From Hypanus sabinus (lineage: Eukaryota), in contig NC_082710.1 of assembly GCF_030144855.1 (NCBI RefSeq), forward strand, positions 174,654,001 to 174,718,000: a stretch of 64,000 nucleotides of DNA, written 5' to 3'. The translations under genes were made by a program, and so were the position numbers. The notes under the pieces were generated by a model, which was given only the letters and a program-made list of their open reading frames with translations, was not told the DNA's origin and ran no database searches. Shown in pieces: positions 26,621 to 38,357 of the stretch (position 1 is its first letter; every line of letters starts with the position of its first letter).

Positions 26621-27175
26621 TTATTTCTTTCTGGCTCCTCGTCGTTGTCGCCCAGTTGCAGTGGAGGCTGGCCTAGACACCTTCTTTGCCTTGGCTTTCT
26701 TGGTAGGTTTTTGGGCACGAGGCTTGCCTGCTGCCGTTCTCTTCGGGCTAGGTTTCCTGGAGGGCGCCTTTCTCGTAGCGCCTCTTTTACTCCTACCCTT
26801 CGTTTCGCCCTGCTCGTCTTCTGCCCCTTGAATTTCCGACACGCCCTCCGGGCGAAGAGGAGCCGTGGAGATACCAGCGCCACCCTCGACTGGAGCGGCG
26901 TTATCAACCAAGGCGCCGGCCTTACCTACTTCATGGTCAGTGGCAGAGACGGTTTTTTTCACCGTAACAGACTTCGGGGCCTGGCGTTTCTTAGTGGCAG
27001 ACAGCGCCTCCATAGTTTTCTCGACCACGGCAGCCGCCGTGCTTTTTTGTGGCTTGTAATCGGTCTTTTTGACGGCAAAGAGTGCGGCGGAAGGGACAGA
27101 GAAGGAGCGATCTCCGGCGAGATCAAGAACGACAGGAGCCGGGACATCCGCCTTGGCGGATACAATCTCGGCCAC
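26621..27175 (-). CDS. Highly divergent H1-like protein A (eroded globular domain); start uncertain (GTG 27175, or ATG 27214)
   Basis: Intronless ORF with basic C-terminal tail, TATA at 27232-27239 and canonical stem-loop; VVEKTMEALSATKKRQ...VKKTVSA aligns with H1 helices 1-2. Confidence 0.7.
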   Translation of the reverse strand: MAEIVSAKADVPAPVVLDLAGDRSFSVPSAALFAVKKTDYKPQKSTAAAVVEKTMEALSATKKRQAPKSVTVKKTVSATDHEVGKAGALVDNAAPVEGGAGISTAPLRPEGVSEIQGAEDEQGETKGRSKRGATRKAPSRKPSPKRTAAGKPRAQKPTKKAKAKKVSRPASTATGRQRRGARKK

Positions 27176-27902
27176 TATACGCCCATGCAATGGACTCCTC
27201 CTACAAAATGGCATGCAGAAGCGAAGTATGGTATATAAACGCAAAATGCGGACTTGGTAGACTCAATGAGCTCAGCTGCGCCTATCACGTCGGAGGAGTT
27301 GACCAATCCACTGCTCTAAACTGCAGTTTAGCCGCGCCCCTCGATCTGTTGCTTTCCTTTCCCCATCCCATCACCTTACTATTCGATTCACCGTTCACCA
27401 AAATTCAGACAAATTAATTTTTTATTTGGACCAAGCTCTTGCACCATGCTACTCACTTTCATTTCGTCCTGTTCAGGTATCAAATAATAAGAAATGTTTA
27501 GCCTTGCAAGCTTTAAGTCACGTTACCACCAACTGAAGTGCAGCCACAGAGCATTGTAAAAGTCTACAGTCATTCCCACACCTTGTCCCATCTCGTTGTT
27601 ATTTTGTTCTCAATATTTAACATGATAAAGAATACGTTGAGAAGAAACTACTCAAAGCCTTACAAAACGAGTTTAGTATTAGTGTATTTAAACTTAAAAC
27701 GGCGGTAGGGTACTTGGACACCGAGAGGAGAGAAGGTCTAGAAGTCTGTCCGTGAAAATTGAAGAAGCAAGATGTGAGATTTAGTAGTACAGTGAGTTTG
27801 GACCAATCGTACATTTGAAACTGAAAAGGATTTCACACAGGAAACTCCTATATCCTCCAGTGTTTTCTACTTTAAATTCAATAAATGACCCTTGCACTTC
27901 TC

Positions 27903-28002
27903 CTACGATGTGGAGAACAAAGCCCATCTCAGCAAGGTGAGCAATGGGTCCCTTGTGCGGATCAGACGTGGCAAAAACTCCACAGACTCGTTCACCCTCA
28001 GC
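27903..28002 (+). pseudogene. Inverted H1 globular-domain fragment
   Basis: YDVENKAHLSKV-SNGSLVRIRRGKNSTDSFTLS, paralogous to 28715-28825 on the opposite strand. Confidence 0.75.
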
Positions 28003-28029
28003 GCTTCTCCCCGTAACGGTTGATGTCGT

Positions 28030-28450
28030 CTCCAATCAAAAACCTATCAACCTCTGCCTTAAATACACCCAACGACCTGGCTTTCCACAGCTGCATGTGA
28101 TAACAAATTATATAAGTTTATCACCCTGTTGCTCGCATCTGTTTCAAATGGACGCCCCTCTATCCTGAGGGTGTGCTCTCCTATCCTGGACTCCCTCACC
28201 ATGGGAGACATCATTTCCACATCTACTCTATCTAGACCTTTCAATAATCGAAGCCAGCACTTCCTTTCTTAGATGAGGAGCCCAAAACTGTTCACAATAC
28301 TCAAGGTGATGACTCACCATTGCCTTAAAGGTCTCAGCATCACACCCCTGGTCCTGTATTCTGGACCTCTTGAAATGATTACTAACATCGCATTTGCCTT
28401 CCTCACTACCGATTCTACCTGCAAGTTAAAGTGTACGGTATTTTGCACAA
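28030..28450 (-). mobile_element. CR1 3' fragment
   Basis: KGLDRVDVEMMSPMVRESRI..H.LRIEG motif. Confidence 0.75.
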
Positions 28451-28605
28451 GGATATTTCTCCTCGTTCAGAAACAGCCTGCATTCATTTCAACTATATGT
28501 GGTTATTATAATGCACTGTGCAAATATAGCTCTGAAAAGTCGTCAATTTTTGACCTTTTATTTCCCTTTAATATAATTTGTCTTTTTTATGCTTTCAGCA
28601 TTTCG

Positions 28606-30222
28606 CTACTTTTTGTGTTTTTGTTGACATTGTTTTCGCTTCTTAGCCTTGCTGACTCTGTTAAGGTTGGTTTTGGTCGCAGCTTCCTTTTGCTCTCGGC
28701 TCTGCCTTTTGCTGAAAGTGAAGAAGTCCGTGGAGTTTTTGCCACGTTTGGTCCGCACAAGGGATCTGTTGCTCACCAATCTTTTGACCACCTTGTTGAG
28801 ATGGGCTTTGTTCTCTACATCATAGCCATTGTGAAGCAATAACTCTCTGAGCGAGGCGAGCTACAGGCCGCCACGTTGTTTACGAGCGGAGGGCGCCCGT
28901 ATGAAAAGTTGTGAGATGCGCAGAACCTCCATCTTCCGTCGCCTGCTGGGTTTCCTCCTCGTTGCTGTCGGCTTCTGCTGTTCTTTTTGCTGTCGTTGCT
29001 AGGCGTTAACGCCAGGTGGAGTTTTGGACACTTGGGCATTAGCTCCAACAACTGGTGCTGCCAACCACTGCTAATTGTTTTTTTCCCAAAAATACTTTAT
29101 TCAGAAATATTACAAAATAAAGTTATTTACAATAAATTATACGTTGACTCTCTGTTCCTATTCAAATTAAAGATGTTTACAATAAAACATTCATTGACTC
29201 TCAAACTTCAGACAAGTTTATTGCATTTCCAGCCACTCCTGGGGCACCATGTTGAATCATCCATCCACACCGCTGATGAGGGGTATTTTCCTCCCCACCC
29301 GGCCCCTCCCACTCCCGCGGGTGATGAACCTTAAACTGTGGTCCTTCCCCACCGGGCCTCTGCGGTGGCTGCACCGAGTTTGAGTGTGTCCCTCAGCACG
29401 GACTCCTGCAGCCGAGAATATGCCAGTCGGCAGCATTCCCCCACGGACATCTCCGTGTGCTGGTAGACCATCAAGTTTCGGGCCGACCAAAGAGCGTCTT
29501 TCACCGAGTTGATGATCTGCCAGCAGCACCGGATGTTGGTCTCTGTGTGCGTCCCCGGGAACAGCCCGTAGATCAGAGAGTCCTCTGTTACGCAGCTTCT
29601 GGGGATGAACCTCGACACAGCCCCTTCCATCCTCCTCCACACCTTCTCCGCGAACCCACAGTGTGCGAAGAGGTGGGTCACCGACTCCTCCTCTCTGCAG
29701 TCCTCCCATGGCCAGAGGGGTGTGGAGACGACGTTCCGGGCGTACAGGAGGGATCGGACTGGGAGGGCCCCTCTCACCACCAGCCAGGCGAGGTCTTGGT
29801 GCCTGTTGGTGAGGTCTGGCGATGAGGCAATTTGCCAGATGAACTGGACAGTCTGCTCAGGGAACCACCCCACTGTGTCCATCTCGTCCTTCTCCTGCAG
29901 TGCCTGCAGGACATTACGTGCCAACCACTGTCTGATGGCCCTGCGGTCAAAAGCATTGACCTGGAAGAACTTCTCTACGAAGGACCGGTATGGCGGCATC
30001 GACCAGCTGACAGGGGTGTTGCGCGGGAAAGGGGCCAGACCCATCCTTCGTAGCCAGGGCGACAGGTGGAACCTGGGCACGCAGTGGTACTTGGTGTCCA
30101 CGTACCTGGGATCCACACACAACCTGATGCAGCCACACACGAAGCTTAATTGTTAAGCTTAACTGCTTAATTGTTTTAATTTTTTTTGCTTGTTTTAATA
30201 CAAAAACACCCTCGGCTCTCAT
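28606..30222 (-). pseudogene. H1-like pseudogene B, interrupted by a Tx1/L1 insertion
   Basis: ATG at 30222 behind TTAAAT and CCAAT elements; after removing the insertion the frame reads MRAEG...ISQLFIRAPSARKQRGGL*LASLRELLLHNGYDVENKAHLNKVVKRLVSNRSLVRTK; in-frame stops; decayed stem-loop at about 28528-28544. Confidence 0.8.
29080..30146 (-). mobile_element. Tx1/L1-clade non-LTR element, 5'-truncated, open frame
   Basis: 269-aa ORF with zf-RVT (RGALPVR...CREEESVTHLFAHC); AATAAA and A-tail; TSD-like ACTGCT(T)AATTGTT at 29067 and 30162. Confidence 0.88.
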
Positions 30223-30581
30223 GCGTTCACCGTCAAAGTGAAAACGACAGCATTTAATGGCGGGACGAGGACTCAATAGAAACAATCTCGGAACCCCCAC
30301 CCCCGAGCGCACCAATCCCATGTATCCTCTGCTTGGCTCCGCGTTTTAGTGCGAATTCAAAGGTTCAAAGCACATTTAATATAAAAATGTATAAATTATA
30401 ATAAACTCGTGTACTTAGCATGCGCCGGCCATTTGCAAATCAATCATTCAATAGCACGTTTTCATTAAAATTTTTATTGGAAAGTTAACTTTTATTTGAT
30501 GCCAACAGTACTTGCACGGAATCGCTTTATCCCAAATCCACAAATAAACCAAATGATTTTGCTCTTGATTAAGTATTTCGT

Positions 30582-30597
30582 GGCTCTGAAAAGAGCC
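30582..30597 (-). terminator. Histone 3' stem-loop (H1-like C)
   Basis: Canonical GGCTCTTTTCAGAGCC 24 nt after the stop. Confidence 0.93.
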
Positions 30598-30620
30598 GTT
30601 GTCTCTGTCGATGCCTTTAT

Positions 30621-31250
30621 TCAGGTGTTCTGGTGCTGCTCTGAGTCAACTTTCTCGGAGGATGATGTCTCTGTCAGAGGCTTCTCCGCTTTTGCCGGTC
30701 GTTTGGTTGGTTTCCTTGGTTTCGGACGTTGGCGACTTGTCTTCTTAACTTTCCTGACTGCTTTTCTCCTCGAAACAGTTTTCGGTTTTCTGCCGTCTTT
30801 CGCCCACTTCTTACGGCCGCCAAACTTCTTCATCCCCCGATACGTCTTTTTGGGTTTCTTAGCGGGGATGGGTCTCTTGGCCGCACGTTTTCCCATCGAT
30901 GTTTTGACGGCGGAGGTTCGTGAAGCGACCCCTTTCTTCTCTGCCCGCTCCACCTGGTCCTTCTGCTCCTTGCTGAGTTTGAAGGAGCCTGAGGCTCCCT
31001 TACCAGTGACGTTTACTAACGAGCCCTTGTTCACCATGGTCCTCACCGCCTGGATTATCCGAGAGTTGTTTTTCGTTACGTCGTAGCCGCTGCCCGATAG
31101 CACCTTCTTGACACCGGCGAGCGAGAGACCGCGGCGCTCCTTTGTATCCGCCACCGCATGAATGATCATCTTGGATACGGATTCATTCTTCGGCACCTGC
31201 GGAGCTTTGGTCTTCTTCCGAGTACGTTTAGTACGTACAAGGTCAGTCAT
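30621..31250 (-). CDS. Histone H1 variant C (209 aa)
   Basis: Complete winged-helix domain SVSKMIIHAVADTKERRGLSLAGVKKVLSGSGYDVTKNNSRI...KGSLVNVTGKGASGSFKL; TATA-like TTAAATA at 31306-31312; stem-loop. Confidence 0.93.
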   Translation of the reverse strand: MTDLVRTKRTRKKTKAPQVPKNESVSKMIIHAVADTKERRGLSLAGVKKVLSGSGYDVTKNNSRIIQAVRTMVNKGSLVNVTGKGASGSFKLSKEQKDQVERAEKKGVASRTSAVKTSMGKRAAKRPIPAKKPKKTYRGMKKFGGRKKWAKDGRKPKTVSRRKAVRKVKKTSRQRPKPRKPTKRPAKAEKPLTETSSSEKVDSEQHQNT

Positions 31251-31536
31251 ATCTCCGCACGATTCACTCTCTCTTCAGAAGTGAAGTGTTTCCAGCAGCT
31301 GCCGCTATTTAAGAGCGGGTGCCGGACGGTGCAGAGCCAAGTTAGCGCCAACGTCTCGATCCACACACGGAGGAACTCAGCAGAGCAGACACATTCCTGT
31401 GGGGGAAATGAATAGACGACATTTATGGTGGAGAGCTTTCGTTTGAACTCGTCTATGGTATTCTTCATCTGGGCTCGATCCTTCAAAGATCTCGATCTCA
31501 GGTTTTCGTCTCCTTAAATGTATATTCTGTGTGGGG

Positions 31537-31569
<33 letters not shown>

Positions 31570-31570
31570 A
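31537..31570. repeat. Compound (GT)n(AT)n microsatellite
   Basis: Direct inspection. Confidence 0.9.
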
Positions 31571-32565
31571 ACAGCTTGTGTATCACGCTGGAGTAAGAAA
31601 TTATTTTACAGACAGCAAGTGTGCGAGAAAATATATGTTGTAAATCCTAAAACAAAATATTAAATTTGAAACCATTCACAGAGGCAACGCAACTGTCACA
31701 AAATCTGTATTTCGAGATTGTAGGATTAAGTTTCACAATGGGAAGATATCAAACTAAAACAACGTTTGGAGAGCTTGATTGAAACCCACAGCAAGGAGAA
31801 TCTAGCTTTTTAAAAAATAACTATTAATTAGCCATTCAGTGTTAGTCAGTGAAAATTCGGAAGCGAGCAGATTCAGCGTGCAAAATCTCAAACATTGAAA
31901 TGAGGTTTTTACCATTACCCCTGTACTTTCGTTCACAAAATATTTTATAGATATCGACTGTGAAGACATTGGGAAATATTGAGAAACGAGGATGTTCCAA
32001 ATTAGAATGAAATAGCCCGCTTCTCCCCAGCCTTCATCGGTTCGTATAAGGTTTACTTGTGTAGTGTAATTGTTTTAATCTAATAATTAAACAAGTTCAA
32101 GTCGTCCAACCCGCTTTGTAGCAAATTAATTACTTTGCAACACCTGGAAAGGTAGTGACTGGTAGATTAATGTGATTCTACTGTCAAAGAAATTACGCTG
32201 CCTCTTTCGAAATCTAACTAGTTGGGTTTACTAGTTAATATTTACAAACGAAAAAGCGCGTTTTGAATATTGTTGAGCATCACCAAAATTAGATCACCTG
32301 AAATGTAACCTAAGAAACAACGAATCGCTGCTTTGGAAATGGAGCGTTTGACGCAATGAGATGTATTGTTTATCATTGACTCAAGATGCCGGAGAAAATT
32401 GCCACGCCGGCCCGAACAGCTCCTGCAGGCAAAAATTTGGGGGCGTTGGTTTAATCGCACTACCCAGCTGTTGGTTTGCACCTTTCAAAGGCTTCACCGG
32501 GAATTTTAACAGCAGTAATGGTTGGGTCTCCTCACTGAGATTCAAACTTTCACTGTCATTACATG

Positions 32566-33259
32566 TGTAAAGGGGGTTTCTTTTTTCCCTTTGTTACTGT
32601 TGGGAAAGGGTTTCCTTTTGTTAACTAGCAGGAATGCTAATTTACTGATAACGAGAATGGTATTCCTTTGTAAACCAAATGGGGATTAATGTTCTATCTT
32701 CTGAGTCTAAGCTTTTGTTGACGGGCTTTTGGGCAGATCGGCGCGAGGGGGTCGAGAGAGAGGACGCAATGCTCTAAGCTGGGCGAGGATCGGACCCCAA
32801 AGGGGGGGTCCGAGGCCGGGAGATTCTCCGAGGGGGGGGGGATGAAGCTAGATGTGCTTGGTTGACCACTCGGAGGGTCCTGAGCTGTTTGGAGAGTCGA
32901 GGAGTTCGGAGGGTCCTGAGCTGCGAGTCGAGGAGTTCGGAGGGGATCGAATGGTGGCCAGAAGTCTTCAGAAATTGAGCTCCAACGGCTGTGCACGAAG
33001 TGGTTTGGACTTTGATAAGTTTGGCGCCTTTTCTTTAATTTTCTCTTCATATATACTGTATTGTTATTAATCACTTAGTTATAGTAACCTTTATAAATTG
33101 TACTCATTTAATCGCATATGGTGTACTGTCTGTTTTTGGGCGAGGCGGGGACATCACACAGCATCCACACCAGCTGATTACCCAGTTTGGCGGGGCTGAA
33201 GGCTGCTCCCCCTAGACAAGAACGAGCTGAGCGAGCCTGAGGCGACCCAGGGGGTTACA
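32566..33259. mobile_element. Solo LTR (694 bp)
   Basis: TGTAA...TTACA termini with perfect 4-bp TSD CATG; CpG-rich; internal tandem duplication at about 32870-32945. Confidence 0.85.
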
Positions 33260-33586
33260 CATGGTTTCTAAATACATTATTTTCTCTCAGTTACTGACAT
33301 CACCCCTCTTTACTCGGTACTAATCTCCCTGCAAAGGGATTTTTTCCACTCTACGATGTAGACCAGTTTCGCACCTCGAATCTGCCCGTCTCTGACATGT
33401 AGTTTATTTAACTCCATATTTCATGCAGGAGGAACTCAGCAGCAACTATAAAGGGCAATGACAGTCGACCTTTCATGGGGAGACCCTTCAGGACTGGAAA
33501 GGATTGCATACCTCCTTGTTTTAACGTGGTTTATCTAATCCAGTGAATTATTGTAGTGGCATTCAGCTCAATTTTTGTCGTTTAGT

Positions 33587-33602
33587 GGCTCTGAAAAGAG
33601 CC
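33587..33602 (-). terminator. Histone 3' stem-loop (H1-like D)
   Basis: Canonical GGCTCTTTTCAGAGCC, followed by an HDE-like TTGAGCTG. Confidence 0.93.
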
Positions 33603-33631
33603 GTTGTGTTCAAGGCTAGGTTCCAACTGAT

Positions 33632-34273
33632 TCACTTCAGCCGAGAGGCTACTTTCTGTTTGTAGGGTTTACGAGGCCGCCCAACTGGCCGCCGCCCCAG
33701 TTTCCCTTTGCCCGCCCCCTTCCTGCCACGGGCCACCTTGCGCGCGTAGGACACCCTAACTTTGGGGGATTTTGGCTTCATGCGCCGACCGCGGCCCTGC
33801 AGCCCACTCTTCCCCTTGGCCGTCCGTTTTTCCTTCGCAGTTCGGCCGCTCTTGTTCGGCAACGAGTTCTCGTTAAGCATCGAAGTGATCTTAGCCGCTT
33901 TCTTCAGCGCAGAGGCACGAGCCGGCTGAAGGCTCTGGCCTTTGTTGGAGCGATTGAATCGAAATGATCCGGAGGCGCCGGTGCCGCTGGTCTTCACGAG
34001 CGAGCCCTTCTTCACCAGACGCCGCACTGTCTGGTTGACGAGGTTGTTGTGGCGGTTTACATCGTAGCCTTTGCCTGACAGCGCTTTCTTGAGGGCGGCC
34101 AGCGAGATGCCGCGTCGCTGCTTGCTGGCCGCCGCGACCGACAGAATGCGTTCAGTCACCGTGGGGCCCTCCCCCTTCTTGCGAAAATATCGCTTCTTCC
34201 TGAGGGCCATCGCCTTCGTCTCCCCACCTCCAAAGGGGTCACCGATAGCTTTGACCTTGTGGCTCTCAGCCAT
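33632..34273 (-). CDS. Histone H1 variant D (213 aa, Arg/Gly-rich tail)
   Basis: GPTVTERILSVAAASKQRRGISLAALKKALSGKGYDV...KGSLVKTSGTGASGSFRFN; TATAAA at about 34351-34356; stem-loop. Confidence 0.93.
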   Translation of the reverse strand: MAESHKVKAIGDPFGGGETKAMALRKKRYFRKKGEGPTVTERILSVAAASKQRRGISLAALKKALSGKGYDVNRHNNLVNQTVRRLVKKGSLVKTSGTGASGSFRFNRSNKGQSLQPARASALKKAAKITSMLNENSLPNKSGRTAKEKRTAKGKSGLQGRGRRMKPKSPKVRVSYARKVARGRKGAGKGKLGRRPVGRPRKPYKQKVASRLK

Positions 34274-34719
34274 GGCAGGCAGGTTAGGTGTCGCTCTCTT
34301 TCTCGCTTGCCGTTGTTGGATAAGGCACAGGCATCAAGCCCAGGCTCGCCTTTATATCAACGAGGCGGACGCGAAGGAGAAGACCTAAAATCCCTCGCTC
34401 TCCTCGCACCTTCGCCAAACCTCCCGTTGCCAATTTTGTGTCTTTTGCTTTTATTAAATCCTTGGGTCCCCGGAAACCCGCCTACCACGCCAAACCAAAC
34501 CCGCTGTGTCTCTTGCTAACGGATGCAAAGCATTCGATTTCCCAGGCGTTGCGAGTCTGTGCCTCATTTAACTCGCCAAAACCTCCAGCTAGTTGTAAAA
34601 GTAATTGGACCACGTTGGCATTTTGCTCCTTCTTCCTGAGAAACTACGTGCAATTCTTCGAGCTCTGTCGGAATTTAAACATTCCCTCCAAAGCCAAGTT
34701 GGGACGCGCTCAGACCAAC

Positions 34720-37529
34720 AGTTTAAGATGTGTCTATTTTAAAGCAAGGAGTGTTGTGAACAAAGTGGATGAGTTTAGAGCGTGGATCAGTACTTGGAGA
34801 TATGACGTGGTGGCCATTACAGAGACTTGGATGGCTCAGGGACAGGAATGATTACTTCAAGGGCCGGGTTTTTAGATGTATCAGGAAGGACAGGGAGGGA
34901 GGCAAAAGGGGCGTGGCACTGTTGATCAGAGATAGTGTCAAGGCTGCGAAAAGCTGAATGCCATGGAGGGATTGTCTATGGAGTCTCTATAGGTGGAGGT
35001 TAGGAACAGGAAGGGGTCAATAACTTTACTGGGTGTTTTATAGGCTGCCCAATAATACCGGGGTTATTGAGGAACAGATAGAGAAACAGATCCTGGAAAG
35101 GTGTTATAATAACAGAGTTGTCGTGGTGGGAAATGTTAATTCCCCAAATATTGATTCCCTAGAGCAAGTGTTTTAGATGGGGTGGAGTTTGTTAGGTGTG
35201 TTCAGGAAGGTTTCTTGACACAATATGTAGATAATCCTACAAGAGGAGAGGCTGTACTTGATTTGGTATTGGGAAATGAACCTGGTCAGGTGTCAGATCT
35301 CTCACTGGGAGAGCATTTTGGAGATAGTGATCATAATTCTATCTCCTTTACAATAGCATAGATAGGAACAGACAAATTAGAAAAGCGTTTAATTGGAGTA
35401 AGGGGAATTATGAGGCTATCAGGCAGGAACTTGGAAGCTTAAGTTGGGAACAGATGTTCTCAGGGAAAGGTATGAAAGAAATGTGGCAAATGTTAGGGAT
35501 ATTTGTGTGGAGTTCTGCATAGGTACGTTCCAATGAGACGGGCAAGTTATGGTAGGGTACAGGAACCGTGGTGTACAAAGGCTATAGTAAATCTAGTCAA
35601 GAAGAAAAGCTTATGAAAGGTTCAGAGAGCTAGGTAATGTTAGAGATCTAGAAGATTATAAGGCTAACAGGAAGGAGCTTAAGAAGGAAATTAGGAGAGC
35701 CAGAGGGGGCCATGAGAAGGACTTGGCAGGCAGGATTTAGGAAAATCCCAAGGCATTCTACAAGTATGTGAAGAGCAAGAGGATAAGACATGAAAGAATA
35801 GGACCTATCAAGTGTGACAGTGGGAAAGTGTGTATGGGACCAAAGGAAATGGCAGAGGTACTTAATGAATACTTTACTTCAGTATTCACTATGGAAAAGG
35901 ATCTTGGTGATTGTAGTGATGACTTGCAGCAGACTGAAAAGCTGGAGCTTGTAGATATTAAGAAACAGGATGTGCTGGAGCTGTTGGAAAGCACCAAGTT
36001 TGATAAGTCATCGTGACCAGATGAAATGTACCCCAGGCTACTGTGGGAGGTGAAGGGGGAGATTGCTGAGCCTCTGGCAATGATCCTTGCATCATCAATG
36101 GGGATGGGAGAGGTTCTGGAGGATTGGAGGGTTGCAGATGTTGTTCCCTTATTCAAGAAAGAGAGTAGAGATAGCCCAGGAAATTATAGACCAGTGAGTC
36201 TTACTTCAGTTGTTGGTAAGTTGATGGAGAAGATCCTGAGAGGCAGGATTTATGAACATTTGGTGAGGCATAATATGATTAGGAATAGTCAGCATGGCTT
36301 TGTTAGTAGCAGGTTGTGCCTTATGAGCCTAATTGAATTTTTTGAGGATGTGACTAAACACATTGATGAAGGAAGAGCAGTAGATGTAGTGTATATGGAT
36401 TTCAACAAGGCATTTGATAGGTACCCCATGCAAGGCTTATTGAGAAAGTAAGGAGGCATGGGATCCAAGGGGACATTGCTTTGTGGATCCAGAACTGGTT
36501 TGCCCACAGAAGGCATAGAGTGGTTGTAGAGGGGTCATATTCTGCATGAAGGTCGGTGACCAGTGGTGTGCCTCAGAAATATGTTCTGGGACCCTTATTC
36601 ATGATTTTTATAAATGACCTGAATGAGGAAGTGAAGGGATGGGTTAGTAAGTTTGCTGATGACACAAAGGCTGTAAGTGTTGTGGATAGTGTGAAGGGCT
36701 GTCAGAGGTTACAGCAAAATTGATAGGATGCAAAACTGGGCTGAGAAGTGACAGATGGAGTTCAGCCCAGGTAAGTGTGAAGTGGTTCATTTTGGTAGGT
36801 CAAATATGATGGCAGAATATAGTATTAATAGTAAGACTCTTGGCAGTGTGGAGGATCAAAGGGATCTTGTGGTCCGAGTCCATAGGACACTCAAAGCAGC
36901 TGCACAGGTTAACTCTGTGGTTAAGAAGGCATACGGTGTTTAGGAGCTGAGAGGTAATGTTGCAGCTATATAGGACTCTAGTCAGACCCCACTTAGAGTA
37001 CTGTGCTCAGTTCTGGTCACCTCACTACAGGAAGGATGTGGAAGCCATTGAAAGGGTGCAGAGGAGATTTACAAGGATGTTGCCTGGATTGGGGAGCATG
37101 CCTTTTAAGAATAGGTTGAGTGAACTTGGTCTTTTCTCCTTGGAGCAACGGAGGATGAGAGGTGACCTGATAGAGGTGCACAAGATGATGAGAGGTATTG
37201 ATCGTGTGGACAGTCAGAGGCTTTTTCCCAGGGCTGAAATGACTGTCACAAGAGGACACAAGTTTAAGGTGCTGGGGAGTAGGTACAGAGGAGATGTCAG
37301 GGGTAAGTTTTTAACTCAGAGATTGGTGAGTGCATGGAATGGACTGCCAGTGACAGTGGTGGATGCGGATATGATAGGGTCTTTTACGAGAGTTTGGATA
37401 GGTACATGGAGTTTAGAAAAATGACTATGGCTATGGGTAAGCCTAGTAACTTCTAAGGTAAGGACATGTTTGGCATAACTTTGTGGGCCGAAGAGCATGT
37501 ATTGTGCTGTAGGTTTTCTACGTTTCTAT
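34720..37529 (+). mobile_element. CR1 LINE ORF2, nearly complete, degenerate
   Basis: LRCVYFKARS, ITETW, NYRPVSLTS, FADD and LEYCAQFWSP motifs; TTTCTA-type tail. Confidence 0.92.
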
Positions 37530-38155
37530 GAATCACTGAGTGAGTGTTTTCAGGGTTCTGTACCTCCTTCCTGATGGTAGCAATAAGAAGAGGGCATGTC
37601 CTGGGTGGTGAGGTCCCTAATGATGGATGCTTGCCTTTTGGAGGATCTATGTAAATGTGCTTAACAATGGGGAGGGATTTCACTGTGATGCACTGGGCTG
37701 TATCTACTATTTTCTGTAGTCTTTTCAGTTCCTGAGCATACTGTCCTCTGGGCATTTACAGAAGTTTGTCAAAGTTCTGTTCATCATTCTGTTATCACAA
37801 CACCTTGGAATCATTCCATCAGGACAGGTGAAATCTAGGTGTTACAGAACCTCACATGTTAAAAGCAAAATAGCCAATTAGACCTCAACTACAGTTTTCT
37901 GACATTTGTTGGAAGTGATGCAGGGTTAAAATCATTCAATTTACTTCAAGAATGTCAATATCAAGACTAATTTGCAAGTTTGAAATACAGTACCAAATGT
38001 CAGTTTGTTATATAAAGGAAACCGTGATTTCATGGACAGAGGCACAGGAGATTCTGCTGAAGCTGGAAATTAAACAATACACACAAAATGCAGGTGAAAC
38101 CCAACAGATCAGCAAGATCCACACAGAATGCTGGAGAAAATGGGTGGACCAGTCA

Positions 38156-38357
38156 NNNNNNNNNNNNNNNNNNNNNNNNNNNNNNNNNNNNNNNNNNNNN
38201 NNNNNNNNNNNNNNNNNNNNNNNNNNNNNNNNNNNNNNNNNNNNNNNNNNNNNNNNNNNNNNNNNNNNNNNNNNNNNNNNNNNNNNNNNNNNNNNNNNNN
38301 NNNNNNNNNNNNNNNNNNNNNNNNNNNNNNNNNNNNNNNNNNNNNNNNNNNNNNNNN
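38156..38357. other. Assembly gap (202 N)
   Basis: Run of N; falls within a Penelope-like terminal repeat. Confidence 0.99.

Noticed and set aside
26329-27238. Long alternative-frame and antisense ORFs over the H1-like genes (also 30496..31086 and 61021..61449)
   Set aside because: Expected by-products of GC-rich, low-complexity histone coding sequence; no independent signals.
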